Assembly (NCBI RefSeq): GCF_030253515.1
Contig: NZ_CP124549.1
Coordinates: 480,001-512,000 of the forward strand
DNA from: Candidatus Nanosynbacter lyticus
GTDB taxonomy: Bacteria; Patescibacteriota; Saccharimonadia; Saccharimonadales; Saccharimonadaceae
Length of the DNA: 32,000 bases
Direction of reading: 5' to 3'
In this document: positions 1 through 9,036 of the stretch, one piece after another
How the letters are laid out: each line of letters opens with the position of its first letter
Numbering within the stretch: position 1 is the stretch's first letter
Notes under the pieces: model-generated
Databases searched by the model: none
What the model was told of the DNA's origin: nothing
The model's input: only the letters and a program-made list of their open reading frames with translations
Translations under genes and position numbers: made by a program

Positions 1-1311
1 GAGAATCGCGGCAGTAATCAGCAAAATTATGGTTCGGGCTCAATCCTCAGCGACGAGAACATTGACAAGATTTATGGCGCCAAGCTGAACAACTGGGATC
101 GACGATTTATGGGAAGTATTTCTATTCGCCGCTCGCTAGCGCTTTCCCGTAATATCCCAGCAGTCAAGGCGATGTATATCGCAGGCAACGGCTCGCCAAA
201 ACCAACTGTTGACTATATTCACAACATGGGTAATACCAATTATTGCCAGCAAGAAGAAGCGGCCGGCGGCTACGGACTGTCAGCAGCCATTGGCGCCTGC
301 GGTACGAAGCAGACCGAATTGGTGAATGCTTACGGCACCTTTGCTCGCATGGGCGTCGCCAAGCCAAGCACCAACGTCCTCGAGGTAACCAACAGCCAGG
401 GCGATACGTTAAAGAAATGGAAAGACGAGAGCAAACAGGCAACCGACCCGCAAGTCGCCTACATCATCAATGACATCTTGGGTGACGCGGACGCGGCGCG
501 CGACCTGCACGGTTATGGCGCGATGAATGTACCCGGCGTTAGAACCGCCGCCAAGACCGGTACTACCGACAAAAACGGCCACGCCAAGGATGTCTGGATC
601 GTCAATTATAGTCCGGCACTAGCCATGGGTATGTGGCTCGGTAATTCCGACACCAGCACCATCAACACCCCGAACTCGGCCTTTGGTATGCCGGTGGTGC
701 GTAACGTCATGTCATTTGCTCACAACGAAGTCTATGCCAAACAGGGCAAATGGAAGCCAAATGATTGGTTCAAGCGGCCAAATGGTATCCAGCAGCAAGG
801 CAAAGAGCTCTATCCATCGTGGTGGAATAAAAAACAGGGCGAGACTACTGAAAAGATTAAGTTTGACCGTGTCTCCAAGAAAAAGGCGACAAATTGTACG
901 CCAGCTGACGCCATTGAGGAAATTGAGGTCACCAAGACCATCGACCCTCTCACCAAGAAACCATCATACTCAGCGCCTGAAGGTTACGACGCCAACGCTG
1001 AGGACGATAAGCACAAATGTGACGACGCTAAGCCAAGTGTTAGCCTATCGCTTTCTGGCTCTGGCTCCAGCCGCACCATCACCGCCCGCGCCACCAACGG
1101 CACATTCCCGCTCACCTCAATTGACATCCTCGTTGATGGTCGCAGCGTCAAAAGCGAGTCGATCTCCGGTAGTGGCGGCAGTGTTTCGGTCGATATCAGG
1201 GTCAGTAGCCCAGGTCGGCACACCATTCAGGCAATCGCCCGCGACGAAGGCTACTATACTGCATCAGACAGCGGTAGCTTCTCGGTAGGCAGCAGCTCAA
1301 GCTCCGACTAA
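1..1311 (+). CDS. Class A penicillin-binding protein, transpeptidase and Ig-like C-terminal part; 5' end lies outside the window
   Basis: Frame 1 has no stop from base 1 to the ORF-track Met at 109, so the gene enters from upstream. SLALSRNIPAVK and the KTGTT (KTG box) are PBP transpeptidase-region motifs. A Ser/Gly-rich linker and beta-rich C-terminus follow. The TAA stop is followed by a hairpin terminator. Confidence 0.85.
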   Translation, partial: ENRGSNQQNYGSGSILSDENIDKIYGAKLNNWDRRFMGSISIRRSLALSRNIPAVKAMYIAGNGSPKPTVDYIHNMGNTNYCQQEEAAGGYGLSAAIGACGTKQTELVNAYGTFARMGVAKPSTNVLEVTNSQGDTLKKWKDESKQATDPQVAYIINDILGDADAARDLHGYGAMNVPGVRTAAKTGTTDKNGHAKDVWIVNYSPALAMGMWLGNSDTSTINTPNSAFGMPVVRNVMSFAHNEVYAKQGKWKPNDWFKRPNGIQQQGKELYPSWWNKKQGETTEKIKFDRVSKKKATNCTPADAIEEIEVTKTIDPLTKKPSYSAPEGYDANAEDDKHKCDDAKPSVSLSLSGSGSSRTITARATNGTFPLTSIDILVDGRSVKSESISGSGGSVSVDIRVSSPGRHTIQAIARDEGYYTASDSGSFSVGSSSSSD

Positions 1312-1338
1312 TCCGCCCTCTTTCCCCTTGTGACACAT

Positions 1339-1367
1339 AAAAACCAGACCGCTTCAGTCTGGTTTTT
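1339..1367. terminator. Bidirectional intrinsic terminator between the convergent PBP and PIN/TRAM genes
   Basis: AAAAACCAGAC / CGCTTCA loop / GTCTGGTTTTT. Perfect 11-bp stem including the A/T runs, so a U-tract is available on both strands. Confidence 0.8.
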
Positions 1368-1388
1368 ACTTCTTCTTAGTCTTAGCGA

Positions 1389-2294
1389 CTATTGCTCGTT
1401 AACCATCCGGATCAAGTCAGCCTCGCGCTGCGACTGGGTCTTGGAGCGAGCCGAACGGTGACTTTGAGCTGCGGCGCGTGGGGCATCAGGTTTCGCTGCC
1501 TTGCTGGTTTGCGGCCGACGACCGGTGGAGCGCTGCTTGGGTTGTTTGGGGGCAGCTTGAGCTGGTGACTGTTGCGCCGCTTCTTTTGCTTCTTTTGGCT
1601 CAGCGCAAACTTTCGCAAACATCATCTTGCCAGCATCGGTCTGTAGGCTACGAATAATTTCAATGCGCTTCTTCTGACCCAGGAACTTTTTGGCTTGCTC
1701 AACCACCACCATGGTGCCGTCATGCAAGTAGCCGACGGCCTGATGAGAATCCTGACCTTTTTGTGTCAATTCAAGCACCAGCTCATCACCAGGCAGATAG
1801 CTCATCCGCAAGCTCTTGGCCAGCTCATTGATATTGAGAATCTGAATGCCTTCGACTTGCGCCACCTTGTTCAGGTTGTAATCCAGCGTCAAAATGGCAG
1901 CATTCATTTCCTTGGCGAGTTGCAACAGGCGGTTATCAACACCCTCAGGGATGCGCGTCGCATCGTCAAGCAGCGTAAATGAGCCGCCCAACACATCTTT
2001 TAGTTCCTTCATGGCATCCATACCAAAGCGGGCACGTTCGCGCTTGGCGTGATCAGCGCCGTCAGCCAACAGCTGCAGTTCTATTAGCACACTGCGCGGC
2101 ACAATAATCTGCCCCAATAGGAACCCGGTCTTTGCCAAATCAACCACCCGGCCGTCCATCAGTACCGAGGTATCAACCAGAATCGGCAGCTGCGTGCCGC
2201 TGCCTGTGTGCCGCCGCGGCTTGACTAATAGATATATCTCCGCCATGATGGCCAGCAGCATGATAATGATGATAAGTTCAATTGTTTTTTCCAT
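1389..2294 (-). CDS. Membrane-anchored PIN/TRAM domain protein (YacL-like) with a basic low-complexity C-terminal tail
   Basis: N-terminal hydrophobic helix, PIN-like LVDTSVLMDGR segment and TRAM-like VGYLHDGTMVVVE segment, then a K/P/A/Q/R-rich tail. AAAGGAAA SD 5 nt upstream of the ATG. Sits downstream of radA, as yacL does in Firmicutes. Confidence 0.75.
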   Translation of the reverse strand: MEKTIELIIIIMLLAIMAEIYLLVKPRRHTGSGTQLPILVDTSVLMDGRVVDLAKTGFLLGQIIVPRSVLIELQLLADGADHAKRERARFGMDAMKELKDVLGGSFTLLDDATRIPEGVDNRLLQLAKEMNAAILTLDYNLNKVAQVEGIQILNINELAKSLRMSYLPGDELVLELTQKGQDSHQAVGYLHDGTMVVVEQAKKFLGQKKRIEIIRSLQTDAGKMMFAKVCAEPKEAKEAAQQSPAQAAPKQPKQRSTGRRPQTSKAAKPDAPRAAAQSHRSARSKTQSQREADLIRMVNEQ

Positions 2295-2319
2295 AATAAT
2301 TTCCTTTTATCTAATAATG

Positions 2320-3669
2320 TTATTGTAAATAGTCAATCAGTGCCTGGCGTAGATCGCCGACGCCGCGCACAAATGCGTCTTTGTGGGTTTTTGGCGCGAT
2401 GGCATAGGTAAAACCAAGCTTTTTAGCCTCTTTGACACGGGCGTGCCAGCCTTGAGCGGAGCGCACTTCGCCGCCCAAACCGACTTCGCCAAACACCACC
2501 GCTTCATCACTAAGCTTGCGGCCAGCTGAGGCTGAGGCGATGGCCATGGCGACTGCCAAGTCCGCCGCTGGATCGCTCAGTTTCAAGCCGCCAACCACAT
2601 TGATGTAAATATCTTTGTCGGAGAGATTGAGCTTGGTGCGCTTTTCCAGCACCGCCACCAACAAGTTCAAGCGGTTGAGATCAAAGCCACTGGCCGCGCG
2701 CTTGGGATAGCCAAAGTTCGTCGGATTGACCAGCGCCTGAATTTCCACCAGTAGCGGCCGCGCCCCTTCCATGGTGGCTAGGACGATGGAGCCGTCGAGG
2801 TTTTGCCGCTCCGCCAGTAAGCTAGCCGATGGATTAGCCACAATCCGTAAGCCATCCTCATGCATTTCAAAAATTGCCGCCTCATTGGTCGAGCCATAGC
2901 GATTTTTCTGCGCTCGCACTACCCGGAAGCCTCCGTAGCGATCGCCCTCAAAATTCAGCACCACGTCAACCAAATGTTCCAGGACTTTCGGCCCAGCAAT
3001 CGAGCCTTCCTTGGTGACGTGACCGACCAAAATTACCGCGGTGTTCGAGGCCTTGGCGGCGCGAATGATGACGTTGGATGAATTAGTGATTTGGCTGACC
3101 GAACCTGGCGCTGAGGCAATTTCTGCCAGCGACAATGTTTGTATGGAATCGACGATCACCAGATTGTACTGGCCAGTCTGAATGGAGGCGGCGATGTCCT
3201 CGGCGCTGTTACTAGACGCCAGCCGCAGGCTCTCTGAATCAACCGCACCCAACCGCTCAGCCCGCAATTTGACCTGCGACACCGACTCCTCGCCACTGAC
3301 ATATAGTACCGGTTGCTGCCGAGCAATAAAGGCCGCGACTTGTGCTAACAGGGTACTTTTACCAATCCCCGGCTGCCCCGCCACCAGCACCACGCCGCCT
3401 GGCAAAAAGCCGCCGCCGAGCACCGCGTCAAGGTCGGCGATGCCGGTTGCCAGCCGTGCTTGCTTGGCCTCGGTGGCCGTTTCGCTGAGCTTGAGCGTGG
3501 TGAGCGCCTTACCTTTACCGCTGCTGCGAGCTACCGCCGACGCGCCGGTGTCAACCGGTAGTTGCTCAACCAGTGAATTCCACTCGCCACAATTGTCACA
3601 CTTACCAACCCACTTCGGATAACTGGCGCCGCACTGCTGGCAGATAAATTGTGACTTTGCTCGCGCCAT
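2320..3669 (-). CDS. radA: DNA repair protein RadA
   Basis: N-terminal zinc finger CQQCG...CDNCGEW, Walker A GQPGIGKST, KNRYG motif and a Lon-protease-like C-terminus. The start overlaps the upstream stop (TAATG). Confidence 0.95.
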   Translation of the reverse strand: MARAKSQFICQQCGASYPKWVGKCDNCGEWNSLVEQLPVDTGASAVARSSGKGKALTTLKLSETATEAKQARLATGIADLDAVLGGGFLPGGVVLVAGQPGIGKSTLLAQVAAFIARQQPVLYVSGEESVSQVKLRAERLGAVDSESLRLASSNSAEDIAASIQTGQYNLVIVDSIQTLSLAEIASAPGSVSQITNSSNVIIRAAKASNTAVILVGHVTKEGSIAGPKVLEHLVDVVLNFEGDRYGGFRVVRAQKNRYGSTNEAAIFEMHEDGLRIVANPSASLLAERQNLDGSIVLATMEGARPLLVEIQALVNPTNFGYPKRAASGFDLNRLNLLVAVLEKRTKLNLSDKDIYINVVGGLKLSDPAADLAVAMAIASASAGRKLSDEAVVFGEVGLGGEVRSAQGWHARVKEAKKLGFTYAIAPKTHKDAFVRGVGDLRQALIDYLQ

Positions 3670-4646
3670 TATTTGACCGCCTTTTGGCTATCAAGGCTTT
3701 GATTGAGCTGATCAATCTTGCGCCCCAACGCATTTAATTTTTCAACATCAGTGTTATAGGCATCGACTTTGCCCTGGATGGTCTGCTGTTCACGACGAAG
3801 CACCAGACCGCGCTGGCTCAGCCGGGTTCGCTCAGCCTGAAACTCGGCTTGCGTCTGAAAACCACCCGTCGTCGCCTGCTGATTAAATGCCGCTACGTCT
3901 TGATTATAGGCACTAACGCGTGCACTGTACGACGTCGTCAGCTGCTCAATTTCGCGCTTTCGCTTGGCGAGACTGGCCGCCAGCGCGTCGGCCTCGGCCT
4001 CGGCGCTAGTAAACTTTTCATTATACTGAGCGTGCAGTTTTAGTAGCGCCGCTCGATTACTAAAATACTCGGCATAGTGCGCCTCCAGCTCCGACCCGAG
4101 ATCAGCAAACTCTGTACCCAAAATTGAATGCAGCTCATTGGCGCGCGTACCCGGCTGAGCACGCTCATAGTACGCCATCCGCTCCTCCAGCTTTTTGGTC
4201 TTGACCTTGGCATAAGCCGCCTCCAGCAGCTCGCCCAGCTGCCGACGCTGCTCCGCCGAATAGCGCGACCACGCCACGTGCAGCATTTCATGAGCCGCCG
4301 TCACCTCTTTGATGCCGTCTAGCTCCGCGTTCTGCACATTATAAATGTGAATGGTCTCTTTGGCGTGGGCGTAACAGCCGACGATCGGGCTAGCCTGTTC
4401 GACACGACGGCAATCGTGGTTAAACTGCGTAGCGTTTTCTAGTCGCGGCTGCGCCAGATAAAAGCTAAATTTAGCCTTGTCGGTCATCGTCGCCCGATCT
4501 GCCAGCGTCGCTATGTCCTGGCTGGGCTGATACTGCCAGACCCTGATATGATCCAGTACTAGCTGGCGATTGAGTACCAGCCAGCTACCGCCGGCCACCA
4601 GCCCCACGAACACCACGACGCCGAGGAAATTACGCAGCCTGAACAT
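3669..4646 (-). CDS. Hypothetical membrane-anchored protein with an HExxH motif and a long C-terminal coiled coil
   Basis: N-terminal TM segment (FLGVVVFVGLVAGGSWLVL), AAHEMLHVAW (HExxH), and a heptad-like Q/A/E/K-rich C-terminal ~130 aa. Overlaps the clpC 3' end and the radA start. Confidence 0.7.
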   Translation of the reverse strand: MFRLRNFLGVVVFVGLVAGGSWLVLNRQLVLDHIRVWQYQPSQDIATLADRATMTDKAKFSFYLAQPRLENATQFNHDCRRVEQASPIVGCYAHAKETIHIYNVQNAELDGIKEVTAAHEMLHVAWSRYSAEQRRQLGELLEAAYAKVKTKKLEERMAYYERAQPGTRANELHSILGTEFADLGSELEAHYAEYFSNRAALLKLHAQYNEKFTSAEAEADALAASLAKRKREIEQLTTSYSARVSAYNQDVAAFNQQATTGGFQTQAEFQAERTRLSQRGLVLRREQQTIQGKVDAYNTDVEKLNALGRKIDQLNQSLDSQKAVK

Positions 4647-7098
4647 TGATCACCACCTCACGATTTTTCGCAGTTGCTACCAAGACCGCGCCGGGACGGG
4701 CCTGACGAGACAACAAGGCGTCGCTCAGTGGATCAGCCAACATCGTCTGAATCGTCTGCCGAAGCACCCGCGCGCCGCGCTGCTCATCAAAACCGTTGTC
4801 TATAATACAACGTTTAGCGCTTGGCGTAATCACCAGCGTCATTTGCTGCGCCCGTACTGCTGACTTGAGCTCACTCACCAGATTATCAAAAATCTTACCC
4901 ACCACCGGCCGGGTCAAGCCCTTGAAGTGCACCACCGCATCAAACCGCCCAATTAGTTCTGGCCGCAGTAGCTCCTCTAGCTCACGACGCGCCGCCCGAG
5001 CATTCCGCTCATTCATATCGTCCGCCCGTGAAATATGCTCACCATGCCAGCCAAAGCCCAGCTCACCATCACGCACCATCGCCTCAGCGCCGACATTGCT
5101 GGTCAAGATCACGATCGTCTGGCGAAAACTCACCGACCGACCGTGCGAATCGCTGAGCTTACCGTCTTCTAAAATCTGCAGTAGCAAGTTCAGTACGTCT
5201 GGATGCGCCTTTTCAATCTCGTCAAACAGCACCACGCTGTACGGCTGCCGGCGAACCTTGTCGGTCAATTTGCCGCCCTCATCATAGCCGACATAACCAG
5301 CCGGCGCGCCAATCAACTGGCTGGCCGTATGTCGCTCCGAGAACTCACTCATGTCAATCTTGATCAAACTATTGTCGCCGCCAAACACTTCCCGTGCCAA
5401 TACGCGCGCCAGCTCCGTCTTGCCCACGCCAGTCGGCCCGAGAAAAATGAACGACCCAAGCGGTCCCGACCGCCGACTCAGCCCGGCCCGCGCCCGGCGA
5501 ATGGTTCGCGCCAGTGTCGCCACGGCCTTCTCTTGACCAAGCACCGACCGGCCCAGCCGCTGTTCCAGCGCCGCCAAGTCTTTGCGCTCATTTACCGTCA
5601 CTTTTTCCGCCGGCACACCAGCCATCGCCGCGACCGCTCGCCGTACATCATCCTCGGTTAGCTCCAGCAATACTGGATCATCAGCCGGTAGCTGCTTGGC
5701 CTGCTGCTCCAGTTGTTTGATGCGAATCTTTAGTTCAGCCGCACGCTGATATTGCTCAGCCTCGACCGCCGCATCGAGCTTGCCTGCCAGCTGTTTGATC
5801 CGCCGCGCTAATTGTTGTTGCTTGGTCAGTTTAGCCGGCCGCCGCGTACTGACGAGCGCCGCCGCCTCATCCAGTACGTCAATCGCCTTGTCCGGTAAAT
5901 GACGCTCCGTCACGTAGCGCTGACTGAGGGCTATACTCAGCTCGATCATCTCATCAGAAATCCGCAGTCGATGATGCGTCGCCAGCCGGCCGGCTAGCGC
6001 CCGCACCATGGCCACCGCTGCCTGCTCATCCGGCTCCGCCACCGTTACCGCCTGAAATCGCCGGCTGAGGGCCGCGTCTTTTTCGATGTGCTTGCGGTAT
6101 TCATCAAATGTCGTTGCACCGATCACCCGCACTTCGCCGCGCGCCAATGCTGGCTTTAGGACATTCGCCGCATCCATCGACCCTTCGGCCGAGCCAGCCC
6201 CGACCAGCAAATGCAGCTCATCAATGAACAACATAATCTCCTGATGATTACGCGCTGCGGCCACAACTTTTTGTAAGCGCTCCTCAAACTGACCGCGAAA
6301 CTTTGTACCAGCGACCATGGCTGTCAGGTCAAGCTGAATCAGCCGCTTGCCCACCAAAAAATCTGGCACCGCCCCCTCTACGATACGCTGCGCCAACCCT
6401 TCGACTACCGCAGTTTTACCGACGCCCGGCTCGCCGATCAGCGCTGGATTGTTTTTACCGCGCCGCCCAAGCACCGTGATCAGCCGCTCCATCTCGGCTT
6501 CCCGACCGACCACTGGATCGAGCAGTCCGCTCCGCGCTCGCTCGGTCATGTCAACTCCATACTGATCAAGGATCTTGAGATCAGCCGACCGACGAGCATG
6601 CGGCGCCGCACCTTCCTTCGACTCGTCCTGCATGGCCTCCAGCTGCTGCCGATCAAACACGTCCTCCAATGTACCGCGCAGCTCCTCCAGATCCACATTC
6701 ATATCACTGAGTAGCTTCGTCGCCCGAGCCTTGTGCTGCAACAGCATGCTATAGACGATGTGCTCGGTACCGATGCGCTCCTGCCCAAACTCCGTCGCCA
6801 GCTGCCAGGCAGCCCGTATCGTCTCCAGCACTTCGGCGTTCATGCCTTTGTGAACAACCACCACCACGAACGACTGCGCCGTTAAGCCCAGCGCTAGCTC
6901 CGCCCGATCCAAGGTTACGCCATTTTCCGCCAAAATTTTCGCACCCAGCGACGAATTTTGCGCCAGCACGCCGAGCAGCACATGCTCAGTGCCGACATAC
7001 GGACTGCCGCTATTATGCGCCAACAGCCCAGCGCGTTCTAAGCTGGCCTTGGCGGTATCAGTCAGCCGAGATTCCAACTCAGAAAAATCTTCCGGCAT
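4630..7098 (-). CDS. clpC: ATP-dependent Clp protease ATP-binding subunit ClpC-like (class I AAA+)
   Basis: Duplicated Clp_N repeats, two AAA+ modules (GEPGVGKT and GPTGVGKT Walker A) and a short UVR-like middle region ([16 protein letters not shown]). Start placed at MPEDF (7098) because AAAGGAGGG lies 4 nt upstream; the ORF-track start at 7158 would overlap nusA. Confidence 0.9.
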   Translation of the reverse strand: MPEDFSELESRLTDTAKASLERAGLLAHNSGSPYVGTEHVLLGVLAQNSSLGAKILAENGVTLDRAELALGLTAQSFVVVVVHKGMNAEVLETIRAAWQLATEFGQERIGTEHIVYSMLLQHKARATKLLSDMNVDLEELRGTLEDVFDRQQLEAMQDESKEGAAPHARRSADLKILDQYGVDMTERARSGLLDPVVGREAEMERLITVLGRRGKNNPALIGEPGVGKTAVVEGLAQRIVEGAVPDFLVGKRLIQLDLTAMVAGTKFRGQFEERLQKVVAAARNHQEIMLFIDELHLLVGAGSAEGSMDAANVLKPALARGEVRVIGATTFDEYRKHIEKDAALSRRFQAVTVAEPDEQAAVAMVRALAGRLATHHRLRISDEMIELSIALSQRYVTERHLPDKAIDVLDEAAALVSTRRPAKLTKQQQLARRIKQLAGKLDAAVEAEQYQRAAELKIRIKQLEQQAKQLPADDPVLLELTEDDVRRAVAAMAGVPAEKVTVNERKDLAALEQRLGRSVLGQEKAVATLARTIRRARAGLSRRSGPLGSFIFLGPTGVGKTELARVLAREVFGGDNSLIKIDMSEFSERHTASQLIGAPAGYVGYDEGGKLTDKVRRQPYSVVLFDEIEKAHPDVLNLLLQILEDGKLSDSHGRSVSFRQTIVILTSNVGAEAMVRDGELGFGWHGEHISRADDMNERNARAARRELEELLRPELIGRFDAVVHFKGLTRPVVGKIFDNLVSELKSAVRAQQMTLVITPSAKRCIIDNGFDEQRGARVLRQTIQTMLADPLSDALLSRQARPGAVLVATAKNREVVINVQAA

Positions 7099-7138
7099 AT
7101 CGCCCTCCTTTCGTTTTCGGCGATTATCAGAAAACAGC

Positions 7139-8260
7139 CTATTCCGCCGCCTCCTCAACCGCGCTCATCAAGCTGTCCTCAATGTTCTTACGAGGTTTTG
7201 CTTCAGGTTTAGTAGTCGCCTTCGCCTCAATGTCCAGCTCATAACCAGTCAGCCGACTTGCCAAGCGAACATTCTGCCCGGCCCGGCCGATGGCCACTGA
7301 CTGCTGATCCTCGCCGACGTAGACCGTTGCTCGCTTTTCGTCTTCATTAACCGTCATACTCAGCACTTCCGCTGGGCTCATGGCATTGGCGATGAAGCCA
7401 GCCGCATCTTCTTCAAACGGAATGATATCAATTTTTTCCTGCTCGCCGATTTCGTTCATCACCGCCTGAACACGCGTACCGTGACCACCGACAAACGTAC
7501 CGACTGGATCAACACCTGGCAGTGCTGATGCCACCGCCAATTTGGTACGGCGGCCCGCCTCGCGAGCAATCGCTTTGATCTCCACGGCGCCCGTTTCCAT
7601 CTCTGGCACTTCCTGGCTGAACAAGAAGCGCACAAATTCTTCATTGCCGCGGCTCAAAATCAACTGCGGACCGCGACCTTCGCGCTCAATGTCCTTGATA
7701 TACACTTTGACGCGGCGACCAACACCGTAGTACTCGCCAGGAATTTGCTCGGACTGCGGCATGATGCCGACGGCCTTGCCCAGCTCGATCCGCACCACGC
7801 GCGGCTCAACCCGCTGAATTGTACCAGTCACCACCGTGCCAATTTTATCCTCAAATTCTGCCAGCACCACTTCGCGCTCTGCTTCACGCAACCGCTGCAA
7901 AATCACTTGCTTGGCGGTCTGGGCGGCCACCCGGCCAAACGTCGTCACGTTGTGGGTCTCGACCGTCACTTCGCTGCCTAACTCAGCCGCCGGGTCAATC
8001 GTCTTGGCTTCCTCCAAGCTCATTTGATTGACGTCATTTTCGACTTCTTCAACCACGGTTTTGACGACCGACACCACAGCCGTGCCACTATTGATGTTTA
8101 GGCTGGCGCGCACCAATTGCTCGCGCGTCCCGTTATCACGCCGCCACGCTGCCGCGATAGCCTGCTCAATCACCTCTAAAACGGTTTCTTCTGGCAGGTT
8201 CTTTTCCTCGGCAATCGTCCGCACCGCCAACGTCAATTGCTTGATATTCAAATCTTCCAT
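7139..8260 (-). CDS. nusA: Transcription termination/antitermination factor NusA
   Basis: Typical NusA N-terminus (IEQAIAAAWRR), S1 domain and two KH domains (GRAGQNVRLASRLTG). AAAGGAG SD. A TATAAT box lies ~20 nt upstream of the SD on the minus strand. Confidence 0.95.
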   Translation of the reverse strand: MEDLNIKQLTLAVRTIAEEKNLPEETVLEVIEQAIAAAWRRDNGTREQLVRASLNINSGTAVVSVVKTVVEEVENDVNQMSLEEAKTIDPAAELGSEVTVETHNVTTFGRVAAQTAKQVILQRLREAEREVVLAEFEDKIGTVVTGTIQRVEPRVVRIELGKAVGIMPQSEQIPGEYYGVGRRVKVYIKDIEREGRGPQLILSRGNEEFVRFLFSQEVPEMETGAVEIKAIAREAGRRTKLAVASALPGVDPVGTFVGGHGTRVQAVMNEIGEQEKIDIIPFEEDAAGFIANAMSPAEVLSMTVNEDEKRATVYVGEDQQSVAIGRAGQNVRLASRLTGYELDIEAKATTKPEAKPRKNIEDSLMSAVEEAAE

Positions 8261-8466
8261 ACTAGCTCCTTTACGCTATATTATTATACTACGTTTCACA
8301 TCAAACGCCCAAGAGACGAAAAACTCCGACCTGATTGGCCGGATATGTCAGTAGTGTAGCATATCCAGCCAGGCGGCGTCAAGTTCAGCCGCCCCATTCG
8401 CCCATGTCAGCCTGCGAACGGGTATGCATCTCTAACAGAGGTAGTGACTCATGGCCATCCACAATC

Positions 8467-8523
8467 TTGACAAAAAGCATTGACATTTTCTACTAATAGT
8501 GATATACATATATCAGCCTTTTG
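8467..8523 (+). promoter_or_regulatory. Promoter module copy A: TTGACA-N7-TTGACA, 17-nt spacer, TATACA, then TATCAGCCTTT
   Basis: TTGACA at 8467-8472 and 8480-8485; TATACA at 8503-8508 after a 17-nt spacer. By-eye identity to 19549-19603 is about 80-85%. Confidence 0.65.
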
Positions 8524-8632
8524 ACAATTTTTAATTAAATCTGTCAACTGCGCTTCGCTACTGTAGGTCGGATACCTGCGGTGGCTTGAGGCGCGGAACG
8601 GCCGCACCTCAAAAAGTAGAAAGGAATGGGTC
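8524..8632 (+). promoter_or_regulatory. Long structured 5' leader of the 110-aa membrane ORF
   Basis: Three hairpins. TTGACA/TGTCAA at 8521-8547. CTACTGTAGGT/ACCTGCGGTGG at 8558-8584. GAGGCGCGG/CCGCACCTC at 8588-8610. The box GGCTTGAGGCGC (8583-8594) is shared with leader B. Confidence 0.5.
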
Positions 8633-8965
8633 ATGCTGGGAGGGCTGACTATCATCATTATTGCGTCTATTGTACTCGGGGCTGTGACTAGCGTAGCTTC
8701 AAAGAGTGATGAATTCATCATGACGAGCGGTATCATGTTCACCGTTTTTGGATTGACTGCCCTTTTTTGGGTGGCCAGAGTAACGACCCCATACCTCCGC
8801 AAAGATTCGGGCCTTCTGTGGCTATACAAGCCACTGGCCAGCCTGCCTGAATGGATGGGCCATGCGGGGCTCGGAGCCACCGCGGTACTATGGATACTAG
8901 CTATCGTCTTTCTGGTGGATGACTACATCCACCTTCCCCGACGACGGAAAGGAGGGCACTGCTGA
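8633..8965 (+). CDS. Hypothetical small membrane protein (about 3 TM segments)
   Basis: GAAAGGAA SD 6 nt upstream, three hydrophobic stretches and a basic C-terminus. Followed by a strong hairpin. Confidence 0.6.
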   Translation: MLGGLTIIIIASIVLGAVTSVASKSDEFIMTSGIMFTVFGLTALFWVARVTTPYLRKDSGLLWLYKPLASLPEWMGHAGLGATAVLWILAIVFLVDDYIHLPRRRKGGHC

Positions 8966-8970
8966 GGTGC

Positions 8971-9007
8971 GGGGCGGGATTGATACATTCTTTGTATCTC
9001 CCGCCCC
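8971..9007. terminator. Long GC-rich hairpin between convergent genes (no clear U-tract)
   Basis: GGGGCGGGA-TT-GATACA / TTCTT / TGTATC-TCCCGCCCC. 15 bp of stem with a 2-nt bulge. Confidence 0.6.
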
Positions 9008-9036
9008 ACTCACATCACTGAACTTGTATATAGAAC

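Noticed and set aside
164-1288. ORF-track calls 164..442(-), 243..473(+), 683..1288(+) and 984..1226(-) inside the PBP gene
   Set aside because: They lie entirely within a gene with clear PBP motifs. Their Arg/Pro/Ser-rich translations are typical of off-frame reading of GC-rich coding DNA, and they have no SD or promoter.
4796-6565. Several plus-strand ORFs (4796..5287, 5203..5661, 5351..5536, 5514..5720, 6347..6565) antisense to clpC
   Set aside because: These are shadow ORFs of a confidently identified AAA+ gene, with low-complexity Arg/Pro/Ser-rich products.
8341-8393. Two adjacent hairpins (GGATATG/CATATCC and GGCGGC/GCCGCC) in the nusA upstream region
   Set aside because: There is no U-tract and no gene on either strand that they would terminate. 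I could not assign a function or match them to a known RNA class.
8449-8880. 143-aa minus-strand ORF overlapping promoter module A, its leader and the 110-aa membrane ORF
   Set aside because: It has no SD or promoter. It runs antisense through a promoter/leader with better signals on the plus strand, and its composition is not protein-like.
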